A DNA stretch of 20,000 bases, taken from positions 113,272 to 133,271 of the forward strand of contig NW_014569546.1 in NCBI RefSeq assembly GCF_000743755.1. Direction: 5' to 3'. Both the position numbers and the translations under genes were made by a program. Positions within the stretch are counted from its first letter, which is position 1; each line of letters begins with the position of its first letter. The notes beneath the pieces were generated by a model. The model was not told the origin of the DNA. It saw only the letters and a list, made by a program, of their open reading frames with translations, and ran no database searches. Source of the stretch: Blastocystis sp. subtype 4. Its lineage: Eukaryota. Positions 1-10,563 of the stretch are shown here, piece after piece.

Positions 1-343
1 TCGTGCTTCGGGTTACAATACTCTTCGTTCCACATCGCCACGAATGTCAGGAGTGAATACGATACGTTCGTCTTCTCCTCGTTCGTCGGTAATTATGAAT
101 GGAGGTACTCTACACAAGCCTCGATCTCCTGCTCCGCTCGCACCTCCTCCTCCACCACCTTCACCTCCTCAGGAGATTGCTATTGTACTGTATGATATAT
201 CCATCACAATCAATCCCAATGTATTGGAGTGCAAAGAGGGAGATCGTATCATCATTGAAGAAGATCATGGAGATTGGCTCTTAGCAACAATGGATGGTCG
301 TCAGGGATATGTTCCATATAATTATATTCAGCGGATGAAATAA
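1..343 (+). CDS. 3' part of a protein with a Ser/Pro-rich linker and a C-terminal SH3 domain (5' end probably outside the window)
   Basis: PPPPPP linker followed by AIVLYD...LECKEGDRIII...GDWLLA...GRQGYVPYNYI, which fits the SH3 consensus; TAA at 341-343 followed by TGTTTTGA at 346. Confidence 0.85.
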   Translation, partial: RASGYNTLRSTSPRMSGVNTIRSSSPRSSVIMNGGTLHKPRSPAPLAPPPPPPSPPQEIAIVLYDISITINPNVLECKEGDRIIIEEDHGDWLLATMDGRQGYVPYNYIQRMK

Positions 344-383
344 CCTGTTTGATTCACCAAGCATGACTACTTCAATTCTCTGC

Positions 384-391
384 AACAAACA
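384..391 (-). terminator. TGTTTGTT polyadenylation element of VDAC
   Basis: Exact TGTTTGTT on the minus strand directly after the coding end. Confidence 0.8.
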
Positions 392-395
392 CTAG

Positions 396-1380
396 CAAAT
401 ACTTAATTCCACAGCAACACCAACTTTGCATGAATCAAAGACGGTGCGATTCATTGGAACCTACGCATTAACAATAAGAAGAACTCAAACAGAAGCTGTT
501 CCAGAAATAACCATATCTGGAGTTAGACTCTTCTTGAAGTAGGCAGAGAGTATACCCTCGTTATCCACCTTCAGTCGCATTTCGGAATGTTTCATAGGAA
601 CCATCGTACAACCAAAGGCGATTTCTGGTTTTTCTTTTTCAAGAGGTAGATCGATCGTAGCGCCAACTTGCACATTCTTGAAGGGTTTCATATATACAGC
701 ACCTGAAATGATTGTGGAGAAGCTGTGCAAAACAACGGAAAATACGGCATCACGATAACGATAACCCACAGCGGTATCAATACTTCCTATGTATCCATCA
801 CGATTACCCGAGACTCGACATCCCATGATCCAATTTCCTCTCTAGAATGAACAAATTAATACGAGACCAACCAAATAGGTAAGACTGCTGGAATAGGACA
901 CAGAAATAGCATCAAACATAAAGTCACCTGCATATTTCCCATCCACATACTTGAACCCAACAGCAAGCTTCTTAGGGGCCAGCTTAAAAGCATCCTGCTG
1001 TGTACTATGATCAAACAATGCCAAATGAATCATACCGCACCATGAAGGTTGAATACTTGACAAGGTTCGGAAAATCTGCATCAAAAACTCCATTTCCCGA
1101 ATTGTCCAAAGAAAGCTTCTTAATGTTTAGGTAATTGCATGCTTTAGTATCCAATGACACTTTTCCACAGATTGAGCCAGACACATTCTGTCCTTCCAGT
1201 GCCATATTCTATGAGTCAGATACTTGACTCAGATCTACCACTCCTCGAACAGAAGTCTTTAGGGATGTTTTGGCATTGGTCGAATACCCATCTTTCAGGA
1301 TATCTATATATTTCATCTGGAAAATGGTGGTTACCATAAGCCGCCGTATTGATATCACCAAAATTCACAGATCCAAACAT
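396..1380 (-). CDS. VDAC: Voltage-dependent anion channel (mitochondrial/MRO porin), 6 exons; stop probably completed by poly(A) (TG+A at 397-396), genomic TAG at 394-392
   Basis: Splicing out GT-AG introns 1334-1304, 1238-1209, 1035-1005, 871-842 and 490-461 gives MFGSVNFGDINTAAYDILKDGY (VDAC N-terminal helix), alternating beta-strands, RLKVDNEGILS and a C-terminal beta-signal-like KVGVAVELSI. Confidence 0.85.
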
Positions 1381-1770
1381 TCTACATAAAGGGGAAACAA
1401 AGTAAGAAACGTCGAAACTGGCCCAAACCTAATAATATAAACCCCAATTCTTTATTCAAGAATATATAAGGATAGGGTTATGTTAGATCTTAATATTGAA
1501 ACATTGTTAATCCTTCGTGATATATTCTTATAATTTCCTAAATAGGAGGGTCTATGTATCTCTACATCTTGAAGCGGAAACTCTTATTACTGCTTTAGTA
1601 CACTACTAAACAGTTAATCTACTCATAGTACAATAGAAAACCGAAAAGTAAAAGGGAAAGTAGAAACCCGAAAAGGCGGTATGTCACGATCTTTGTAGTT
1701 CTTGATAATCAACGAATGATAATCACTTTACAAGCTACGTTGTCAGGTTTATCTTTCATACTTTTCTTTA
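1381..1770. promoter_or_regulatory. Divergent promoter region between VDAC and pyruvate carboxylase
   Basis: AT-rich 390-bp spacer between head-to-head ATGs; contains a near-perfect 15-bp direct repeat (1634-1648 and 1661-1675). Confidence 0.55.
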
Positions 1771-4700
1771 ATGTTCAAAATCAACACTTGTAAGAGTAGT
1801 CTTGGCTTCTATAAAAGACTATTCAGCTCCAGAATCCAGATCAACAAGGTGATGGCGGCTAACCGAGGTGAGATCGCTATCCGTGTGATCCGTGCTGCCA
1901 AGGAGCTAGGGATTAAGACCGCCGGTATCTATGCTTATGAAGATCGATATAACATGCATCGCTCCAAGGCCGACGAAAGCTATATACTGGACAAGTCGAA
2001 GAGCCCCGTTGCTGCATATTTGGATATCCCTCACATTGTGGAAGTGGCGAAGAAGAATGGCGTCACAGCTATCCATCCTGGATATGGCTTCCTTAGTGAG
2101 AATGCCCAGTTTGCAAAGGCTGTGGAGGAAGCCGGTATGATCTTCATTGGACCGACTGTCGAGAATCTTGAGATGATGTCAAGCAAGACATCCGCCAGAG
2201 AGACTGCAATGAAGTATAATATCCCTGTAGTCCCTGGAACACCGGGACCTGTTGACAATATCGAGGATGCTCTGAAGTTCTGCCACCAGGTCCAATATCC
2301 TGTGATTATCAAGGCTGCATTTGGAGGTGGCGGTAAGGGTATGCGTGTTGTTCGCAGTGATGAGGAGTTAAAGGAGAGTTTCCAATTGGCTTCGAGAGAG
2401 GCCAAGGCTGCTTTTGGTAACGGAACAGTATTCCTTGAGAAATACTTGGAGGAGCCACGTCATATTGAGGTCCAGGTGATCGGAGACGGAAATGGAAATG
2501 TTGTCCATCTGTATGAACGTGACTGTTCTGTTCAACGCCGACATCAGAAGGTCATCGAGAATGCACCTGCTTTCAATCTGTCACAGGAAGTTCGCGATGG
2601 TATTTTGAAGGATGCAGTCCGTCTTTGTTCTGCTATCCACTACCGAAGTGCTGGTACTGTGGAGTTTTTGGTTGATAAAGATGGTAATCATTACTTTATG
2701 GAGGTCAATCCTCGTATTCAAGTTGAACATACTGTAACTGAAGAAATAACCGGTATTAATATTGTTCGCGCTCAAATAATGTTGGCTGAAGGATATTCAT
2801 TAAAGGAGTTGGGATTAGAACAGTCAAAGATCCACACTCACGGTTATGCTATTCAGGCTCGTATCACTACAGAGAATCCTGTGAAGGATTTCCAGCCAGA
2901 TACTGGAGTTATTGGTGCTTTTATTGAGTCCAGTGGTCAGGGTGTGCGTCTTGATGGTATTGGATACCAGGGATATGAAGTCACTCCTCACTATGATTCT
3001 CTTCTTGTGAAGGTCACTGCCCGTGCTCCTACCTATGAGGAGACAATGGATAAGCTTCATCGTGCTCTGACTGAATTCCGTGTCGAAGGACTCAGCACAA
3101 ATGTTCCATTCTTACTCAATGTCTTGCGCAATCCTGTTTATCGAGCTGGTAAGGCAACAACCTTCTTTATCCAACAACATCCTGAGCTCTTGAAGACATC
3201 AGTGCAGCCTCCTTCTCAAGAGAAGGTCCTTCATTACTTGGCAAATCTGGTTGTGAATGGTCATCCACCTGAACTCGGTGCAACTGGACCTCAACCTCTT
3301 CCTACAGATCCTATGGTCCCTCCTTCTCCCACTACTAAGCCTCCTCCAGGTCTTCGTGATGTTTTTGTAAAGGAAGGTCCTAAAGGCTTTGCTAAGGCTG
3401 TGCGAGCTCACAAGGGTTTGCTACTCACAGATACAACATGGCGTGATGGTCATCAGAGTCTATTGGCTACTCGTATGCGTACAAAGGATATTCTTGCTAT
3501 TGCTCCGCTTACTTCGCATCTTCTCCCAAATCTGTATTCGTTGGAATGCTGGGGAGGAGCTACATTTGATGTAGCAATGCGATTCCTCCATGAATGTCCT
3601 TGGGACCGTCTCGAGCAGATGCGTGAACTGGTTCCCAACGTTCCGTTCCAGATGTTGCTTCGTGGAGCCAACGCTGTTGGATACTCCGCCTATGCTGATA
3701 ATGTAAACTACAAATTCTGTGAGATGGCTGTTAAGAAGGGAATGGATGTGTTCCGTGTGTTTGATTCATTGAATTACATTGAGAATATGCGTCTAGGAAT
3801 TGATTGTGTAGGAGCCGCTGGTGGTATTATTGAAGCTACTGCTTGTTATACGGGTGACTGTGCTAATCCTAATGAGAAGAAATACACTGTTGACTACTAT
3901 CTTGACTATGTGCACAAGTTAGTGAAGTTGGGTATTCATGTATTGAATATCAAGGATATGGCTGGACTTCTTACTCCTCAGGCTGCTAAGCTTCTGATTT
4001 CATCCATTCGTCGAGAATTCCCTGATCTTCCTATTCATGTCCACACTCACGATACTGCTGGTACTGGAGTGATGTCGATGGTGGAATGTGCGAAGGCTGG
4101 TGCTGATGCGGTGGATGTAGCAATCGATTCGATGTCTGGTATGACCTCACAGCCATCTATGGGAGCTGTTGTTGCTGCTTTGAAGAATACAGAATTGGAC
4201 ACTGGTATTTCTCTTGAGTCCGTGAGTACATTGAATGATTATTGGAATGATGTACGTGGTGTCTATGCTCCTTTTGAGTCTGGACAGAAGAGCGGTTCAT
4301 CGGACGTGTATCTCCATCAGATGCCTGGTGGTCAGTATACAAATCTTATGTATCAGTCACAACAATTAGGTCTGGCGAGTCACTGGCCTCTCGTTAAGAA
4401 GGCCTATAAAGAGGCTAATGAGTTGTGTGGAGACATTATCAAGGTCACACCTTCTAGTAAGATTGTGGGTGATCTGGCAAACTTTATGGTCCAGAACAAG
4501 CTGTCCAAGCAGGATGTTTTGGATCGAGCCGAAGAACTCAACTTCCCCACATCTGTCATTCAGTACTTCCAAGGATACTTGGGTATTCCCGAACCATGGG
4601 GCTTCCCCGAGCCTTTCCGTACTCGTGTGCTGAAGGGACGCAAGCTGGAGAATGGTAAGGATCACTTCGAGGGTCGTCCTGGAGCGGAGTTGCCTCCTTT

Positions 4701-5292
4701 CGATTTTGAGAAGACAAAGAAGGATCTAACCGAGAAGTATGGCGAAGATCGTGCTCAGGATCATGATGTCCTATCCTACGCTCTGTATCCAAAGGTGTTC
4801 ACTGATTGGAAGGAATACGAGGATAAGAATGGTGATATCTCTCATCTGCCAACTCGTTACTTCTTGCAGCCAATGAAGTTTGATGAGGAGATTGAGGTGA
4901 AGTACAATGAAGGCAAGTCCCAGTTCATTCGCTACAAGGGAATGAGTGAAGTGAACAAGAGAGGAGAACGTGAGGTACACTTCCAAATTGATGGACAAAG
5001 TCGAACCATTGTTATTGAGGATCAGAAGGCTGGAGTATCTGTTGAGAAGCGTGAGAAGGTACAGTCAGGAAATGACAATCAAGTGGGTTCTCCAATGACT
5101 GGAGCTGTTGTGGAGGTGAAGGCTGTCAGTGGAACTAAGGTCAAAGCAGGAGATCCAATTTGTATTTTAAGTGCGGCTAAGATGGAGACTATTGTATCTG
5201 CTCCATTTTCGGGCATTTTAAAGCGTGTGGTTGTAAAGAAGGGTGAGAGATTGGAAGCTGGTGATTTATTGGTTGAAATAGAGAAGAAGTAA
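1771..5292 (+). CDS. PC: Pyruvate carboxylase (BC-CT-BCCP), intronless, with a probable mitochondrial/MRO presequence
   Basis: 1173-aa ORF with ANRGEIA, HPGYGFLSEN, GGGGKGMR, ERDCSVQRRHQK, DTTWRDGHQSLLATR, ECWGGATFD, IKDMAG, HVHTHD and a biotinyl domain (SAAKME); the N-terminus MFKINTCKSSLGFYKRLFSS is basic and has no acidic residues. Confidence 0.97.
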   Translation: MFKINTCKSSLGFYKRLFSSRIQINKVMAANRGEIAIRVIRAAKELGIKTAGIYAYEDRYNMHRSKADESYILDKSKSPVAAYLDIPHIVEVAKKNGVTAIHPGYGFLSENAQFAKAVEEAGMIFIGPTVENLEMMSSKTSARETAMKYNIPVVPGTPGPVDNIEDALKFCHQVQYPVIIKAAFGGGGKGMRVVRSDEELKESFQLASREAKAAFGNGTVFLEKYLEEPRHIEVQVIGDGNGNVVHLYERDCSVQRRHQKVIENAPAFNLSQEVRDGILKDAVRLCSAIHYRSAGTVEFLVDKDGNHYFMEVNPRIQVEHTVTEEITGINIVRAQIMLAEGYSLKELGLEQSKIHTHGYAIQARITTENPVKDFQPDTGVIGAFIESSGQGVRLDGIGYQGYEVTPHYDSLLVKVTARAPTYEETMDKLHRALTEFRVEGLSTNVPFLLNVLRNPVYRAGKATTFFIQQHPELLKTSVQPPSQEKVLHYLANLVVNGHPPELGATGPQPLPTDPMVPPSPTTKPPPGLRDVFVKEGPKGFAKAVRAHKGLLLTDTTWRDGHQSLLATRMRTKDILAIAPLTSHLLPNLYSLECWGGATFDVAMRFLHECPWDRLEQMRELVPNVPFQMLLRGANAVGYSAYADNVNYKFCEMAVKKGMDVFRVFDSLNYIENMRLGIDCVGAAGGIIEATACYTGDCANPNEKKYTVDYYLDYVHKLVKLGIHVLNIKDMAGLLTPQAAKLLISSIRREFPDLPIHVHTHDTAGTGVMSMVECAKAGADAVDVAIDSMSGMTSQPSMGAVVAALKNTELDTGISLESVSTLNDYWNDVRGVYAPFESGQKSGSSDVYLHQMPGGQYTNLMYQSQQLGLASHWPLVKKAYKEANELCGDIIKVTPSSKIVGDLANFMVQNKLSKQDVLDRAEELNFPTSVIQYFQGYLGIPEPWGFPEPFRTRVLKGRKLENGKDHFEGRPGAELPPFDFEKTKKDLTEKYGEDRAQDHDVLSYALYPKVFTDWKEYEDKNGDISHLPTRYFLQPMKFDEEIEVKYNEGKSQFIRYKGMSEVNKRGEREVHFQIDGQSRTIVIEDQKAGVSVEKREKVQSGNDNQVGSPMTGAVVEVKAVSGTKVKAGDPICILSAAKMETIVSAPFSGILKRVVVKKGERLEAGDLLVEIEKK

Positions 5293-5315
5293 TCATTATA
5301 TTATGGAGTTTCCGT

Positions 5316-5323
5316 TGTTTGTT
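5316..5323 (+). terminator. TGTTTGTT polyadenylation element of pyruvate carboxylase (3' UTR about 19 nt)
   Basis: Exact motif 23 nt after the TAA. Confidence 0.75.
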
Positions 5324-5432
5324 TTGGTATACAAGCGGATTTGAAGAATATCTAATGTACATATCCAAGACGTGAAACACGGTTTTTGGTTCGTACTTAG
5401 CAGGAGGTGGTGTGCTCCCATTATCCAACTGT

Positions 5433-7918
<2,486 letters not shown>

Positions 7919-7922
7919 GTCT

Positions 7923-7930
7923 TGTTTGTT
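7923..7930 (+). terminator. TGTTTGTT element exactly 4 nt after the kinase TGA
   Basis: Sequence TGA-GTCT-TGTTTGTT. Confidence 0.8.
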
Positions 7931-8007
7931 GGAAACGCAGGGAGCCGAAATCAGCCGAAAAGTGGAAGTGCGATTCTTTCCAATAATACCTTTAGTTCAA
8001 CATACCA

Positions 8008-9494
8008 ATGCAGAACGATAACGATTTCAAGGTACAATCCGGTGGAGATTCGTCTTATCGACGTAGGTTGCCGATATGTCCTTGGCTGAGTGGGGACGAA
8101 AAGATCTGACTCTTTCGGAGTATGAGATGCCTGGATTGATGGCTTGCCGTCAGAAGTATGCAGGAAAGTTGAATGGAGCCCACATCAGTGGTTCTCTCCA
8201 TATGACTGTCCAGACTGCTGTTCTGATCGAAACGTTGAAGGCTTGTGGTGCTGAACTGAGATGGTGTTCTTGCAACATCTTCAGTACTCAGGATCATGCG
8301 GCTGCTGCTATTGTTGCTGCTAAGTCTGCCGCTGTGTATGCCTGGAAGGGAGAGACACTTGCTGAGTACTGGGAGTGTACCTTGAAGGCTGTCTGTTGGC
8401 CTCAGGCTGATGGTTCTGTTTGTGGACCTGATCTGATTGTGGATGACGGAGGCGATATGACTCTGATGATCCACGAGGGAGCGAAGTGGGAGGCTCAGTA
8501 TGAGAAGGATGGTACTCTTCCTGATCCTGAGGCTCACAAGCATGAGGGAGAGGATTACTATTATCTTCTGAAGTTGCTGTGTCGTGAGATCCCCAAGAAT
8601 TGCCATTTGTGGAGAGATATTGCTGCTCATTGTCTGGGAGTCTCTGAAGAGACCACAACAGGTGTTCTTCGTCTGTATCAGATGGAGAAGGAAGGCAAGT
8701 TGTTGTTCCCTGGAGTGAATGTGAATGACAGTGTGACCAAGTCCAAGTTTGATAATATTTATGGTTGTCGTCATTCTCTGCCTGATGGTATCATGCGTGC
8801 TACTGATGTTATGATTGCTGGTAAGCGTGTATTGGTGTGTGGTTATGGTGATGTTGGTAAGGGTTGTGCTGAGGCCATGGTAGCTGCTGGTGCTATTGTG
8901 TGTGTTACTGAAGTTGATCCTATTTGTGCTCTCCAGGCCTACATGCATGGTTTGCGTGTAGTTCGTTTGAGTAGTGTTGTATCTGAGATTGATATCTTTG
9001 TTACTTGTACTGGTAATAAGAACATTATCATGGCAAACGATATGAAGCAGATGAAGAACAATGCTATTGTGTGTAATATTGGTCACTTCGATAATGAGAT
9101 TGATATGGCTGGATTGTATGCTATGAAGGATGTGGTACGTGAGAATATCAAGCCTCAGGTTGATCGTTTTGTCTTCCCTGATGGTCATGGTGTGATTGTT
9201 CTGGCTGAGGGACGTTTGGTGAATCTGGGTTGTGCTACTGGTCATCCTTCTTTCGTAATGAGCAATTCGTTCACGAACCAGGTTCTGGCTCAGATCTCTC
9301 TGTGGGAGAATCAGACCACGAAGAAGTACGAGCGTGGCCATTTGTACACGCTGCCCAAGGAGCTGGATGAGATGGTAGCTCGTCTGCATCTTGAGAAGCT
9401 TGGATGTGAGCTAACTGTATTGACCCAGGAACAGGCTGATTATATCGGAGTTTCTGTGCAGGGACCTTTCAAGGGAGATAACTATCGTTATTAA
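8008..9494 (+). CDS. AHCY: S-adenosylhomocysteine hydrolase; one intron (8032-8066)
   Basis: [90 protein letters not shown] and a C-terminal GPFK...YRY. It carries the catalytic-domain insertion typical of plant, protist and many bacterial SAHHs. Confidence 0.97.
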
Positions 9495-9496
9495 TG

Positions 9497-9511
9497 TGTT
9501 TGGGACAAACA
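9497..9511. terminator. Palindromic bidirectional poly(A) element TGTTTG-GGA-CAAACA shared by SAHH and Tfb4
   Basis: TGTTTGGG on the plus strand at 9497 and TGTTTGTC on the minus strand at 9511-9504; each lies 4 nt from an in-frame T of the adjacent gene. Confidence 0.7.
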
Positions 9512-9515
9512 TAGA

Positions 9516-10420
9516 ATCGGAGATAGTGAATTGGACATTTTGTAGTAGGAGTACAGAGGATCGCTAAACAGACTGTACAGACATAAGCAATATCATTTTT
9601 GATAGGTTCGCCGTGACAGGAACACATCACTTTCATGTTCTCCACTTTCTCTTCCGGAACCAACATACACTTGCGGACGGAGATATCAGGAAGGAAATAA
9701 TACGAAAACAAACCATAAAGAGACTTCGAAGATTGAGAACGGATGTACGTACCATTTGTTAGCAATGATATCTTCTTCAAAAATGGATTGTGTTTATCGA
9801 AAAGCTGACACACATCGATGGGACACTGTGTTTTAAAGCAGAAGACATCATTCATCGAATTCATAAAGCTACGAATCGGATTTTCAGTGACGTTCATAAT
9901 GATAATACGTTTCCTCATACGAGAATCAGCATAACGATTAACAAGTACGGTAAAGGAAGCATCCCATTAGTGAAAGAAAGGATATAACACATTGTTCGTG
10001 ATAGACAGGCATCCAATGTTGAAGGAGGTTGTGGATTGGAGTAAGACATCATTTTCTTGATTCGTGTGATAAGAAACTTACGAACAGCTGGTAGTTGTTG
10101 CGAATGCGTCTTTAGGTTGTCGAGAATGTCATCCTGAATTCGGGGAAAGATGATCTCCCTAGAAAGGATACTGCAAAATACTTCTTTACGGTTGTCCATT
10201 ACCATAACAAGCAACAATGAGTTGGTTATGATGGTTTTGGATAATGAAGGAGTTGATGAAGGCAAAGAATGCCTCTAGGAACTCTTCAAAGCGTATGGGC
10301 CGATCAGGATTTGTCCGTTCTCGTAGAATCCAAGAATCAACATTGAGATCAACAATGATGGATAGAACAGTTCCTTCAAGTTCTATAGGGAATATCAAGT
10401 ATACAAAGTATACGTGGCAT
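9516..10420 (-). CDS. GTF2H3: TFIIH subunit p34/Tfb4 (vWA-like domain plus C-terminal zinc finger); two GT-AG introns and one AT-AC intron; stop probably created by poly(A)
   Basis: MPQLEGTVLSIIVDLN...FAFINSFIIQNHHNQLIV...LSRTMC-FVNR...FMNSMNDVF...IDVC...TNGTY...CSCH...YVCTVCLAILC...CPIH matches Tfb4 motifs. Confidence 0.88.
9945..9985 (-). other. U12-type (minor spliceosome) AT-AC intron, 41 nt
   Basis: 5' end ATATCCTTT, branch-like TTCCTTTAC, 3' end AC; removal restores the Tfb4 frame (TGT T|TT GTT AAT CGT = C-F-V-N-R). Confidence 0.85.
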
Positions 10421-10563
10421 CTCAACACAGATCGAAATGGGTTAGACGAAAACTACTTGAATTCCAGAATTGAGGTCGATTGTCCCACTTCCAGAAATCT
10501 TTGGCCTTGATAAGGTAAGAAAACACGAAGTTGTACTGTAATAATTAATCTGTGTTTATCCCA

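Noticed and set aside
5356..5432. Upstream ATG plus intron-like segment extending the kinase N-terminus
   Set aside because: The spliced product is out of frame with the PH domain.
8055..9389. 444-aa ORF antisense to SAHH
   Set aside because: It mirrors the SAHH codons in register, and its His/Thr/Ile/Gln-rich composition is what sense-strand codon bias produces; it has no recognisable motifs.
9469..9515. Apparent coding overlap between Tfb4 and the SAHH 3' end
   Set aside because: Better explained by a poly(A)-created stop at 9516; the extension looks non-conserved.
10159..10171. GTATCCTTT (U12-donor-like) near the end of Tfb4 intron 2
   Set aside because: It lies inside a normal 31-nt GT-AG intron whose removal already restores the frame; I saw no matching branch site or acceptor downstream.
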